From NCBI RefSeq assembly GCF_964194155.1, contig NC_135881.1:29450001-29514000 (forward strand): 64,000 bases of DNA. Direction: 5' to 3'. The notes under the pieces were generated by a model that searched no databases, was not told the origin of the DNA, and saw nothing but the letters and a program-made list of their open reading frames with translations. Position 1 is the first letter of the stretch. Every line of letters starts with the position of its first letter. Source of the stretch: Cetorhinus maximus (lineage: Eukaryota). Of the stretch, positions 12,684 to 26,150 are shown in pieces. The position numbers were made by a program, and so were the translations under genes.

Positions 12684-13743
12684 TTAGTTCATGATTCATG
12701 CATTTTGAGATATAATTTTTATTAAAGCTTAACTGTAGAAAATGGGATAAGTGAATTAAAGCAAGCTTGGAGCTTATTGCACTTAAAAGTCTGGGGCCAT
12801 ATTGCCTTAAGAAGTTAACAGCTAAAAATATAAGATCAAAACAGCAGGTGGCCTTACTTAGCGAAGGAACTGGAAATGTGATGTCCATAATGCTTGCATT
12901 AATGGCTGTCCAGAGTAATGTTTTGTTTTGGAACTTAGTGTTAAATTAGTTTAAAGCATTCAGGAAACCCTGAAAAACCTATTTACTTAATCAGATTAAA
13001 AAACAAACTATAAATAGGGATAATTAACTTAAAGTTCAGTTTGAGGATAGCCCAGAGCAGGCTATGTTGTCATGGAGATGCATGAAGCTCAGGAAGGCTT
13101 CCTGGTTTCAATTTATATGCATGTTTGCTGGGAGAGGTCTTTTAGTTGCAGAGTAGACCTTGTGTGGTTTGCAGTGCACTGAGAGAAGTTAACCAAAGTA
13201 AATGACATTTAGACAGACCTGCACTGGAAGCAGAGTAAAGCACTAACTTCATTATTAACCATGTGGAAAGCAGGTAAGGCTTAATCTCAGTTTGAATTTT
13301 GTAAAGGAATGGAAGTCTGGCTTGAAGCTAGTGGGAGAATCGACAGTGGGCCTCATAGTGTCTTATTGCAAAAGAAAACAATCAACTGAATTAACTTGGG
13401 AGTATTGAAAAGTAACCAGAACAAGAGACTGAGCATCCACAGTCAAGAGGTGGTAAATGAAAGTTTTACCTCTGAGAACAGCTGGATCTGAGGAGGATTC
13501 TCCAGAGGATTGTGGCATACTTATGAGTGGTTCCCTACAGAAGTAAATAACTTTAAGATTGTTGTGTCTTATACGAGAATTCTTGGGGAAGTAGGCAGTA
13601 AACCTTGAATGCGTAACATATATAGTTATAAACCATGTTGTTAAATTAATAGTGCTTGTTTTACGTCTTTTATGTACAATAAAGTTTGTTTTTGAAAATA
13701 AAGTGAAATCTTGTGGCATAGTTCTGTTGGTCAGATTGTAACA
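12684..13743 (+). mobile_element. Probable solo LTR inserted in an L2 fragment
   Basis: Ends TGTAACA|ATAT with ATAT also on the left flank. AATAAA at 13678-83. L2 sequence resumes on both sides; the left TG is not intact. Confidence 0.5.
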
Positions 13744-14477
13744 ATATTCAGAAAGTTTTAAGGGAGAGAATTCCAGATTTTAGAATTTAGGAAGCTGATG
13801 GTACGGCCATAATGCCAGAGCAATAAAAATTGGGGATGCACAAGAGGCCAGAATTAGAGGAGTGTAGAGATCTTGGAAGGTTGTAAGGCTGGTGGAGGTT
13901 ATCAAGATAGGGAGGGGCTGATAAGTGCTGATTAGCGTCAAATCTGGAGCAGTTTTGTGCTGTGGGTTTGTGCTCACTAGAAACTAAGTTGAGACCTTCC
14001 CAACTCATTTTCCTGTAAGGACTTTGTAGCCAACAGACATAAAGCTTAGCACTTTATTAAGAACACTGAGGTCACCATTAACTTGACAATCAAAAAGCTG
14101 CAAATGTGAAAACAATAAAACACAGTTTAGAAAAATAATGGCAACACATAACAAATTAAAATACTGTTTCCATTTATAAACAAAACTCTTTACACCATCA
14201 TCTGTACATTTTTTTGCTAACAATAATAATTTACACCAGATTACAGTCCAATGGATACAACACATTGAAGTTTACTGCACATATGATCTGTACTCCTATT
14301 TTGTTCTAAAACATTTCAATAGGGCTATTCGTTTATTTTGTTTATGGTTATATATCAGCAAGGCAACCAAGATCCTCGGGGGTTAGCCATCTATTGTACA
14401 ATATACAAATACAACACAGGCTGACGAATAGTCGCTTGGTAGTACAGAGCTTGAGTATTGCTGAAAAAATACGTTTT

Positions 14478-14510
14478 TGTTAAAGCTTTTCGTCTTGCAC
14501 TCATCAGGAG
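14478..14510 (-). ncRNA. Minimal type-I hammerhead ribozyme motif (Penelope-type)
   Basis: The - strand reads CUGAUGA-GUgcaagAC-GAAA-AGCUU-U. The core is intact, stem III is palindromic (AAGCUU) and stem I is decayed. Confidence 0.7.
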
Positions 14511-14734
14511 TGATGAGCAAATATACCCATTGTAAATATACCCATTGTAAAGGGAACAACAATTTATACTGTATGAGAAGAGAGTGCTAATTGGTTGGCA
14601 AGTGGAGTCTGATTGGTAGAGGTGTTGCCATGAGGAATGCATCAGTTGATGGGGTAAATTAATAACCCTGTTACCAATCTGTTCAATCTCATCTTCTAAA
14701 TTGTTGTTCCCTTTAGATTTGGTATTCTTGCGAA

Positions 14735-14770
14735 TTGTTCTGGAGAGTGCAAGATGAAAAGCTTTGACAA
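14735..14770 (+). ncRNA. Degenerate hammerhead motif (inverted pLTR copy)
   Basis: UUGUU-CUGGAGA-GUgcaagAU-GAAA-AGCUU-U-GACAA. Stem I pairs but the core is mutated. Confidence 0.55.
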
Positions 14771-15690
14771 AAATGTCTCTTTTCTCAGCAGCACACAACA
14801 CAGGTTTATTCATCAAAGATTGTTTTCTTGCCTCAATAACAATGAAGTCCCAGCATCAAATTATTTTAATCTGAACAGCAATTTACAAGGAATTGTATTT
14901 GAGACACTTGTGATTCAGCTTTCATGAGTTCTAATTACACACTCTATAATTTAGTTCAGTAAAAGTCTCCTTATGCATGAATATTTTCTTAAAAATTGGT
15001 CTTCCAGTAAACTTAAATGTGTTCCAGGTCCTTTTCAGGAATAGATGGGCTGACCGGAAATGTTTCACGGAGTGCAAGAACCTTTAGATAAAACTATCAT
15101 CATTTCAAATTCCAATCACTTGCTGGAATATTTTTGGGATGGAATGGCTGGGATAGCCATTTTTCATATAGGAGGAAAAAATACACAAAGTAAAGCACTT
15201 TACAGATCATTGTTTAGTGCTTATGTAGGGCATGGGTAGCAGCTGTGTTTTAGGAAAAAAACCATAAACCATTCACAGATTGGTAGAGTGGCGATATGGT
15301 ATGACGGTACAATGAGGCTTTGGCAGACTCGGTGCTGAGAGGTTGTTTCCCCTGGCTGGGCAGCCTAGAACTAGGGGTCAAGGTCCCAGGGTAAGGGCGC
15401 AGCCATTTAGGACTGAGATGGAAAGTAATATCTTCACTCAGAGGCTTGTGAACCTTTCGAATTCTCTACCTAGGGAGCGGTGGATGCTTAGTCATTGCGT
15501 ATAATCAAGATAGAGGTCGATAGATTTTTGGACACTAAGAGAATGAAAGGGGGAGTAGGGTATGTCAGGAAAGCGGAGTTGAGGTTATATCTCATCCAGG
15601 ATCTTACTGAATGGTGGAGCAGGCTTGATGGGACATATGAACTCCTCCTGCTCCTAACGATAGTTTGGCAAAGAGGCATTTTGTATTATG

Positions 15691-16380
15691 GGGCTGAATC
15701 TTCGGCTCGGCCTGCGGGTGCAGGGCCCACTGGCTGAGGCATAAAATATCACGGGGTGACGTCGGGCGTGCGTCCTGACGTCACCGCGCGTCATTTAGAT
15801 TTTTAGTTCAGTGACTCGGCTGCGCGCCTGCTGAACTGTCAAAGGCCTGTTAAGGCCATTAATGAACTAATTAAGCCTATCGCGAAAGCTGCCCGTCCAA
15901 CCTTAAGGTTGGCGGGCAGGCGAAGAGCCCAGGCGGCTTTCGCATTTTTCATGGAACCTCATCCATGGGCGGGATGAGGTTTTATGAAGGGTTTATAAAT
16001 TAAATACATTTTTTCATTAAAGTTCATTGGCATGTCCCAGCTCATACGAAACTGTCACATGAGGGGACATTTATCTAAATTTTTTTTTTCTTTGTTAAAA
16101 TTTTTGGAACTTAAACTAATCTCCCTGAGGCAGCTCTGGCACTTAGGGAGGTTTCTGCGCTCTTCCGTGCGCATGCGTGAAAAAGCGCAGACCCTGACTC
16201 AGGGAACCCCTCTCTCCCCGCTCGGAGAGGGGGCGCTCAGCGCTTCCGGGTGCGCATCACGCTGGGCGGGCCTTAACTGGCCCGCCCACGTGAAATGGTG
16301 GCGCGGACCCGATCAGGGACGCCGATCGGACCTGCGCCCGCCCCCGCACAACCCCTTCGATGGGGTGGATGTTTCTACCC
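15691..16380 (+). mobile_element. Harbinger-derived MITE
   Basis: GGGCTGAA...TTCTACCC termini; TSD ATG/ATG. Confidence 0.88.
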
Positions 16381-18794
16381 ATGGTATTCTGATGCAGTGA
16401 TGTTTTGGCATACACATAGTTGGTATAGTAATGGTTGGTGTACTAGTTGTTCGGTATAATGACATTTAGTATGGTGGTGATTTGGATATGGAAACAGTTC
16501 AATATGTACATAGTTTGCCGCAATGATCTATCAGATAGTGGAAGGTTGGCATTTTGCAAACTTGTTAAAGTGGTGATTTGGTACAGCAGAGTTCAGTGCA
16601 ATGACAGTTTGATACAAAGGCAATTTAGTACAATGCAGTTTGGCACACTGATGTTTTACTATAGTGGTTGTTTGTCTAGTGATAGTCTGACACAATAGGA
16701 GTTTGGCATTGAGACAGTTTGATACAATGATGTTTTGGTACAAAGCACATGATAAAGTGGTGGTTTAGTACAGAGACAATGTAATGCAGTGGTCATTGGG
16801 TGATGGGACAGTAGTGACAGCACAATTTTGTCCCAATTTACCAAAGTCACTGAAACCAATCCTGTCCTGATTTGGTAATTAGCCTATTATTGTCTTCCGC
16901 TCACTGGTTCCAACATAATTCTCATGGAGATCCAATAAAAAGACAATTAAATTATTGGTCATCAGCCATGAGCTGAGGAAGACTCACTTGTTATGCGTTG
17001 AATTGTCACATTTATATACAAGGTTGGGCCAAAGCTGAATGACCTCATGAATACGAGGGTTGAAAGTTGCATTTTCCCATTGATATCCGGGGATATGGAT
17101 GAATTATGTTTTTTATCCTTCAGTGATGCTCATGTCTCACCTCACTGATAAACCAATCTGGAATTTTTGTCGAGGTTCTCCTAATCTGTGGCTATAACTT
17201 CAGTGGGAGATTGGTGGAAGATCCCAATGGATAAAAACAGCCACTTGTGACGTTTCTCAGAGGTATCTGCCAAAATTCTGTGGAAGCTATGATGAGATAC
17301 CAGGAGGATGCCTAAGAATTCTCCCCCTATTATTGTCTGGAAATGTATGAAATAGGCATAGGTGGTGAGTAGGGGCTAAATTGAACAGCTCTCAAAAATG
17401 GACATTGCAGTGTATGATTAACTCTTCAGAGCATTGGAAATGCGACCCTTTCTCTGATCTGAGGTTGTTGTTATGGCTGCAGCATATGGCTAATTTCAGT
17501 GAGGATGGCCTCACTGAAGCACAGATGTTTTACATACTGATCCCCATTGAGATTCAGGTGGGAGAACTGCTGCCTGAACACCTTGGGCAGAAAAGGCCTA
17601 CTCCATCACCTCCTCCTCTCTCTTCTAGTAGCTTGCCCTGCTCTGTGTGACCTCTGTCCATTTCCCAAGTCATGCTAAATTCCAAGGGGAATGGATACTT
17701 GTGTAATGACAACTAGGAGCAATCGTTTGTACAGAAGCCTTGAATTTATCAAAAACACTTTGAACGCCAGCCACACCACTCCCTGTGGAGCTGGTGGGTT
17801 GGGGGGAGGGGAGACTGTCGAGATGGTCCTTCCTGCTGCTGAATGCATGTTCAGCTGTGTCAACTTCAGACAGGATGTTAGCTGAAGTGCTGAATTCAAA
17901 AAATGGCATCGTGATGTCATGATCTGCCAGATTTGCATACTTGCAGTGGTTCTGCGCCACGCACTGTCACCTTCACCATGCCTCACCCCAAAATCGTCCA
18001 TGAGCTGTACTCATCATTTTCTCCCTAGTTGACATAATTGAATCATAGAATAGTTACAGCAGATGAGGAGGCCATTTGGCCTGTCGTGTCCATGCTGGCC
18101 CTATATATGAAATATTCACCTACTGCCATTCCCCTGCCTTTTCCTCATAGCCCTGCACAAATAATTATCCAGTAATCACATCCACAGTGCTCAGAAAACC
18201 CAATCTTGAGCGGCATGTGCTTTGTTTGGAACTGGCTCCTGACAGTGTCTGGTTTCCAAATCCACGTGCCTAAGAACTATGTGTAAAGTTAATGAACTAG
18301 AATATAGCAAAGACTCTTACCAAATCCTTTCGTGACTGTGAGCTTGTGCCAATTGTGGTTTTAAAAGTTTGCTGTCCTTAGAACACATTGCCAGATATTA
18401 CAGGAGCTGGAACATTGCCAACTATGAGATTGATCTGTTCCTTATAGGTAACTGCAGTTAATACAAATTAATGTCTTTCACTTAATTATCTCACCCTTAA
18501 GTTGCCTCATGGCAGTTTGGGTACAAAATACATTACAAGTGCTCACAGTATTGGGCTACGTTGTGGGGGCACAATTTTGGATGTGCAGTCTTGGCTTGTC
18601 ATGTTCCCGAGGGTATCTGTAATATTTTTAACCTGCCACTCGTTGTTCTTTAGCTTGCAGAAGCTGTTTGGAAGCTACGAGTGATTCAACCGCAATATTT
18701 CCTTCCCACATTTTTCAGTTACAATCAGATTTTCTAAGTTGAAGCAGCAATTTGGTTTCAATGGATTTCAATGATGTGCTGATTTGATTTTAAT

Positions 18795-19085
18795 TCTTGT
18801 TCGTTCATGAGATGTGGACATCATTGGCTGGGCCAACTACTATTGCCCATCCCTAATTGCCCTTGAGAAGGTGGTGTTGAGCTGCCTTCTTGAACCACTG
18901 CAGTCCATGTGGTGTAGGTACACCCTCAGTGCTGTTAGGAAGGCAGTTCCAGGATTTTGACCCAGTGACAGTGAAGGAACGGTGATATATTTCCAAATCA
19001 GGATGGTGTGTAACTTGGAGGGGAACTTCCAGATGGTGGTGTTCCCATGTATCTGCTGCCCTTGTCCTTCTAGGTGGTAGAGGTC
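18795..19085 (-). mobile_element. CR1/Crack-like LINE 3' fragment
   Basis: Reverse complement of 56585-56870. More copies at 20300-20730, in both orientations. Confidence 0.85.
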
Positions 19086-19921
19086 AAGGAAGATGCTGTC
19101 AGAGGAAGGTGCTGTCCAATGGCACAGCACAATGGGTATCAATTGTGGACAAGTTAGATTCCAAGGAAGTGGAGGCTAGATTTCAATAGTATGGAGGCTG
19201 GGGTTCATTTATGTGAAGGCTGCATTTCAGTAGCATAGACATTGTGGTACAATTGTGCAAAGTTCATATATAAGATACTGAGGGGAATTGAGGGGGTGGA
19301 TACTGAAAGGGGTGGTATTTCCCATTCTGGGACTAAGCCCTGTGGCGGCAGAGTGGGGAGACTTTCATGCCAATGAGGCTGCTGGGAATTTGCGTTGTAT
19401 CGCTGGCCTAATTAACTATGCAGTCGGGGGTTTCCTGATATTTTGTGCGTCAGGAAGGGCTGGATGGCTCGTGCCCCATCATAATATCCGGATGCAATAT
19501 TTAAAAGGCAACTAGACATCAGCTGATCCACTGTGGAAGTGAGAAGATCCACCTCCTGGTTAAGGTCCTGATGTCAGAAGATCCACATCGTAGATGCTCC
19601 ACTTACTTCCTTCCCTTCCGATCTCGGTGAGCTGCCCTGGGCCTTCTTGCAGGTGTCTGACATTTGCACACCATGCTGGTGCAGGTGTCCTCTGCCCCAC
19701 CGTAAAAACCCGCTGGCGGCACGGGAAATCGGATGCGGGCGGATGATTCTGGTTGGGCCTCCATCCCAGTAACGAGATGCAAAACGGTTTCATGCCGGCC
19801 TCCGGTGGGAATGGCGACCCGCCGTGATGGGTGGGAGCGCACGTACCCGCCATTATTTTACGCTGGTGGGATACTGACTTTTTGCCTCCTGCTGCAATGT
19901 CCCCCTCTGCCTGCCATTGAA

Positions 19922-20250
19922 CCTGTCATGGGTGAAACTAGAACTGGGGGACACTGCTTAAAAATAAGTGGTCTCCCATTTAAGACAGAAAGGAGGGGAA
20001 TATTTTTCTCTGAGGGTTGTGAGTCTGTGAAACTCTCTTCTCCAGAGTACAATGGAGGCAGGGCCATTGAATATTTTTAAGGCAGAGGTAGATAGATTCT
20101 TGATTAACAAGGGGGTCATGGGTAATTGGGGGTGCGGGGGAAGGTGGAGTTGAGACCACAATCAGATCAGCCATGATCTTATTGAATGGCGGAGCAGAAT
20201 TGATGGGCCGAATGGCCTACTCCTGCTCCTAATTCGTATGTTCGTATGTC
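19922..20250 (+). mobile_element. CR1 LINE 3' fragment
   Basis: Colinear with 63430-63730; TTCGTATG repeat tail. Further CR1 remnants at about 5215-5600, 12307-12560, 15330-15655, 24880-25335 and 48040-48480 (-). Confidence 0.8.
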
Positions 20251-22824
20251 TCAGTGGTGTAGGGACTGCTTTCAATGCTGTAGCAACAAAGGTTCTTTGG
20301 GGACACCTCCCAAACCTGTGACACCGATCATCTCGAAGGACAAGAGCAGCAGGTGCAGGGGAACACCGTCACTTCTGAGTCTCCCTTTTAAGTCACCAAC
20401 CTGAGTTAGAAATATATCACTATTCCTGTGTTATTACTGGGCTAAAATTCTGTAACTCCCTAGCTAACCTCATTTTTCTTTCTTGTACTTCCACAGGATG
20501 TGGGCTTTGCTGGCTGGGCCAGCATTTATAGCCCATCCCTAATTGCCCTTGAGAAGGTGGTGGTAAGTTGCCTTCTTGAACCGCTGCAGTCCATGTGGTG
20601 TAGGTACACCCACAGTGCTGTTAGGGAGGGCCATTGTTGGCCCCTCACCACCTTCTCAAGGGCAAATAAGGATGAGCAATAAATGTCGGCATTGTCAGCA
20701 ATGACCACATCCTGAGAATGAATTCAAAAAAAGTTGTAATTCAATGTTGTAGAGGTTTGGTTTCAGTGGTGTGGTGATTGGATTTCAGTCATGTGCAGGC
20801 TGGGGTTTTATTTTGAAAAATGAACTGAACGGTCAGCAATTTAAAACATTTGCTGTGCACTCGCATTACCAAACGAACATGTAGCCCATGCTGTGCAAGG
20901 TTACTGTCGAATGAATCTGATTTGGTTTCAGTTATACCACACCCTGTGCATTGCTGTGACGCTGAAACAACTTCCTGGTGGTGCTGAGTACTGAGCTGTT
21001 AGGAGTGTGAAGAGAGTGCAAACGCACAGGAAATCTGCTTTCACTTATTCTTCCGATTGAAACATTTACCAGAGCATGAACCTTTGAACTATTATTTGCA
21101 ATCAGATTAGTTTTTCACTACCGGTGAAGTGCAATAGTCAACCCTGCTATCTGGAAGCGAGGGGAAATTTTTGCTTGATTATTTTTCATAATGTGTGCCC
21201 ACCTAAATACAGATAGCCCTATCCAAAAAAAGTGGCAAGGATGGGGTGATGCCATATGTCACATTATCCCTCATTCCGTCTTAGCAATGCTGGACGCTAG
21301 CTGTGGCAGCAACATAGTGGCATTCAGCGTCACTAGAACTAGCACAATGGGTTAGAAATCTTGGAAAGGTCTTGGTAAATTGATCAGTTAAAGTCACCAA
21401 CATTCCCAGCATGCTGCAGCTGCCTAAGGGGGCATCAGCATGGTAGGGTTCTGGTGCGGCGACAAGACCAAAAGGAACTAATAAAACAACTCAGATTGGG
21501 CCGGGCCTATGAAATGTGCTGAGGTCAACAGTGGGGCAAGTGGGCAAGTGCCAAATGAACATCAGCAAATATCAGCATCCATGAAAACCTCGACAATAAA
21601 TTCACTTTGCTGGCATGCTGCTGGGTTTTTAAGATTGAAAGAATTGTTGGCGCTTTTCTCTTTGTAGCTTTTTACTTCTGTCTGTAGCAAGTTTTGTGAG
21701 GAGTGTTTGTGTACTCTGCTTAATGTAAGCCCCAATTGGCAAAGTATTGCAATGTGCTGCACAATGGAAGGTCCAGCTACATTGCCGCAAGACATCGCTG
21801 TGATCAGAGTTTACAAATAATTCAAAAACCAAATGCTGCAAATCCGAAACAAGAAGAGAAATGGTTCTGACAAACTGACCCGAAACGTTGGACTGAATTG
21901 TACTGCCGGCCACAGAATACCGATGTCAGGACCAAATGAGGGCCCTGAGCTTGCAAATGCCAGTAAAATGGCAGCAGCCCTATTTAATAGACCCTAATTG
22001 GCGCCTTAAGTGCTTCAATTGGCTGCCCCAGCGATGGGACTGCATTGGGAAAAGGGGCATTTTAACAACTCTGTGTCTCCCAGTCTGCCACCTGGTCCAG
22101 CCTATTAACACTGTTTCCCTCTCCACATTGGCTGCCTGACCTGCTATATACTCCAGGGATTAATTATATTCTAGCTCTATGACTGCACAAGGCAATCTCT
22201 AGTGTGATTTTGGTTGAGGACACTGTCTATGAAAAGGACTTGGTCTGAAACTTGGGCCTAGGAATGACAGTTTGTGACATTGGCTTAATGACATTTCCTC
22301 GTCTAATATTTTAAGAAAAGCATTAGCCTGTTATAGGTTGGTGCATTAGTCTGGAGTGTATAAACTTGCTCTCTCATCCACAAAATAAATAAGCATTGTT
22401 TCCCTGGAGGATGAAATGTGCCTCCTGACTGCACTCCTCCAAACAGGGCAGCAAACCAGAGTGATATGGAGTCTTCTGAACAATAGAAGCCATCATTTTC
22501 CTGCAAGTGTTGGAAAATCATTCTTTAACAAAAAACAAAATGACATGCTGGAAGGATCAACCACAGTATAACCAACTGGAGAGTTCCCAACATATACCCT
22601 GGCACATTTCCACTTTTAGAGAGTTCAAATTCAACTCTGGAATATGGAAGCAGCATTTAAAGTGATAGGAAGTTCTTTTTCACTCAAAGGGACATCAACG
22701 CATGGATCAGCTTCCGGGTGGGGTTGTGGAGGGAGGAATTGAAGCACCACCTGCTGTAATCAGGGGCACTATCGTTCTTCCTGGGTTCTTACTGGGTATA
22801 TGAGCTATTAACTTCATATCCTCT

Positions 22825-23420
22825 CTGTCACCAAGGCCAGTTGTCTCCACCCCGGCCTCGGCTCATCTTCTGCTGAAACCTTCATATACACCTTTGTTAT
22901 CTCCAGGCTCGATTATTCCACTGCTGCCCTGGCTGGCCCACCACCTTTCACCCTTTGTAAACCTGAGCACATTTAAAACTCCGCTGCCCGTATCTGAACT
23001 AGCTCCAGGCCCTGTTCACCCATCAACGCTGTGCTCAGTGAGGTTAACCAGATCCCTGTCCAGCAACATCTCGATTTTAAAATTCTCCAAATCTCTTCAT
23101 GGCCCCTCCCCTCCCTCTCCCTGTGACCTCCTCCAGCCTCTCGAGAACTCTGCTCTCTTCCAATTTTGGCCTCCTGTGCATCCCTGATTTTAATCACTCC
23201 GCCATTGCTGGTGGTGCTTTCAGGCTTGGCCTTAAGCTCTGAAATTCCTTCCCTAAACCTCTCCATCTCTCTACCTCATTTTCCTGCATTAGACACTCCT
23301 TAAAACCTTACTTCTTTGGCCAAACTTTTGGTCATCTGACCTGATACGTGGCTCGGTGTCATACTTTGTTTTAAAATGTCTTTGTGAAGTGCATTGGGAC
23401 ATTTTTATACAATAAAGGCT
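22825..23420 (+). mobile_element. L2 LINE 3' fragment
   Basis: AETFIYTFVISRLDYS-like L2 C-terminus and tgtgaagtgcattgggac tail. Other L2 pieces at about 13745-13920 (-), 28010-28330, 37670-39750 (-) and 61320-61735. Confidence 0.75.
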
Positions 23421-23501
23421 AATCTGATTGGCCGGCAGCTCTGTAATCCCAGCATTGTCAGTGGCAGCAGTGGTCAAGACCGGGGCTACAAACGGTTCCC
23501 A

Positions 23502-23628
23502 GGTGGAATTTTACATCCCCTCCTGCTGGCGGGATTTTCCTGTCCCACCGAAATCAATGGACTTTTAAATGGTTCACTGCATTTTCCGGCCTTGTTCCCG
23601 GCTGAGACGGGATCATAAAATTCCACCC
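23502..23628. mobile_element. About 130-bp mini-MITE
   Basis: TIR GGTGGAATTTTA / TAAAATTCCACC; internal similarity to 40438-40566. Confidence 0.7.
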
Positions 23629-24099
23629 TAAATCCCGGAGTCCAGGACCAGGTAAGTGAGGGGGGGTGGGGGGTTGGTCTCATGGCCCGAGTGGAGGTGA
23701 GGCCTGGGGGTGTGGGGGAGAAGAGTGGGGGGGGGTTTGCTTGGAGCGGCCAAGAGGTCAGGGAGCACCGACTGGGGCAGACCTCGTTGGGGAAGGGAGA
23801 GGAAAGGGGGTGCCCGACATGGAAAAGGGGCCTTTGAGGGAGGCCCTCCCGCCTTCACCCCCGAGGCCTGAGCAGACCTGCCCTCCTGACCCCGAACTCA
23901 TCCCATCAGCCTCAAACGAGGCCGGGCAGGAAGTGACGTTAAGCGGCCAATAATTTAACGATAATATTAATCGGTCACTTAGGGGCTTCAATTGGGGTGA
24001 GGACTGGCAGCTGAGGCCTCGCCTGCCCCCATGTAAAATGGCAGACAGGTCGGGGCGGGGGCAAGGGCAGCAGGAAGGCCATCTGAGGAATTTTATGGC

Positions 24100-24225
24100 C
24101 CCGCGCACCCCCGCCCCCACCCCTACCCCCCACCCCCCTCCCCCACCCCTACCACCCACCTCCCCCCCCCACCTCCCCCCCACCCCACCTTCCCCCCCCC
24201 ACCTGCCCCCCCCACCCCCACCCCA
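24100..24225. repeat. C-rich low-complexity tract (G-quadruplex potential on the - strand) within a MITE-like element about 23630-24263
   Basis: More than 15 runs of C3-C9. Confidence 0.75.
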
Positions 24226-24377
24226 GGCTGCAGACCCCTGGCGGGGAACCGTAAAACTCTGCCTGTTGTTGCTGTCTATCAGTTACAGGCATTCATCGAA
24301 ACATCAGGACCAACTTGAGGCCTCCGGATGCTCATATCATCATACTGACTCTTGCACTGAAATAAGAATGATTCTGT

Positions 24378-26150
24378 TTTATTGAAACATACTCAACTCC
24401 TGGAAATTTGCAATTTCTTCTCTGCATCATCCAATTATTTGACATAAGCAACATAAATAGAAAAGCAACGTGTGAAGTCAGTGTCAGACAAATGGAATTA
24501 TCAGCGATTTTGAATTCAGTAAAAGAAGATGAGTGGATCGTGGTTGCTATTAATTCTCTACATCACATTGTTGTCAAATTTGTGCCATTTGGTGTCGACT
24601 CAAGAATATTGCTGTTTGTCGACATATTTATTTGTTAGAACGGCAGTCAATACATATAATGTGATAGAAATGCATCGAATGTGCTTTCATCAACTGGATC
24701 ATTCTAAGTTGACCAAAAAAAGCTACATATTTTTTGGTCGAGGGGTGGATCTTATATGCATCTGTGACATTTTATACAACTCCCGCTCATATTGTTTGAA
24801 TGGAGCTGTAAGGCTGGGATTACTGCTCGAAATCTTAATCAGGCTTTGTCCCATTCAAAGCAAATGAATTTATGCCATGCCAAAGCCTTAGAGGGTGCGC
24901 AGAGCAGGTTTATTAAAATGGTACCTGGGATTGTGGGACTTCAGTTACGTAGAGAGACTACAGGAACTGGGGTATTCCCCGCAGGGAAGAGAAGATTAAA
25001 GGAGTTTTAATAGCGGCGCTCAACTCCGCGAATGGCGTCGATAATGGATCAAGGAGAAAATCTTTCCAATGACTGGAGAGGACATGGATTTAACTTAATT
25101 GGTAAAAGCACAGGAGAGAACGGACATGAGGGGATTTTTTTTTTTCACAGTGAGTTATGATGCACTGTCTGAAAGGCTGTTGGAAACAAATTAAATGGTA
25201 GCTTTCGAAAAGGAATTGGATAAATACTTAAAGTGGAAAAAAAATTGCAGGGCTACAGGGACAAGATTAATTGGAGAGCTTGTTCGAAAATGGTTTGACT
25301 GGCTTTCCGCAGTGCTGTATCACTCTATGGTTCTAAGAAAATAGCAGAGAGAGGAATGTCATCCAAACCCACCAAGCGTTCCAACATTGGCTACAGTAAA
25401 CTTTAGGCTTTAATTACTTCCCGAGCACTATAATCCCACTGATCAGCAGGATTAGTTTATCACTGCCACATACTTACTCACAATACAGCCCCACAGTAAT
25501 TCCTCAAAGCGAACTTTGGGGATGAAATTAAGTACAGAAATACCAAGTTACTCAATGATTAGAACATAATTTATCCACCTTGAAATCCCGGAATGTTTAA
25601 ACAATAAATAAAACCTCACGGATTTAAATCTTGTGATGGAAGTTGGGACCTGGTAGAATTCCAATGAATGCTGTGGATGGATTTCCATGAGGCATTCAAA
25701 TTTGTGGGTGTCCATCCATCCCCTGGGACATCAGAACAGGAACTCGTAGCACTCTAACAACTGGTGATGTGCCTTGTTCGTGTTGCAAAGAGTTGAATAT
25801 GAAATACTGGCCATTTTTTACATGAGAAAAAGTCAACATCACAAGGCTCAGTAAACGAGTGTTCGAGCTGCTACTGTGCAGAAGACTACATATATAATCG
25901 ATTTTCAAGAAACCCTTAAAAAGGTGTTGTCTTGACTGCTGCACATGTTGTTGAGAAGTTTTAAATGTACTCATCGCAAAATGCAAGCTTTGAAAAATTC
26001 TTGCGTTTGGAAAGAAAGCGCCTGTGCCTGATGTTCCCCTCGGTTTCTCTCATGTGTCCAAGCAAAACACGAGTGGATCTCTTGATTCCGATGAATGTAT
26101 GTATGGGAGGTAGAAAACTGCAGGATTCAGCACCGCCCTCAGAACCACGC
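24378..26150 (-). other. VIPR2: Probable VIPR2 3' UTR ending near a candidate poly(A) signal
   Basis: Mostly unique sequence after the stop codon. AATAAA on the - strand at 24378-24383. The end point is an inference. Confidence 0.35.

Larger units (their letters stand above)
14420..14794. mobile_element. Penelope pLTR-only insertion with inverted pLTR pair
   Basis: Homologous to 39955-40130. Inverted terminal segments; flanked by a direct repeat ACAACACAGG (probable TSD). Confidence 0.8.

Noticed and set aside
15280-20815. CRISPR-like periodicity
   Set aside because: Degenerate tandem units without unique spacers, no cas genes, vertebrate context.
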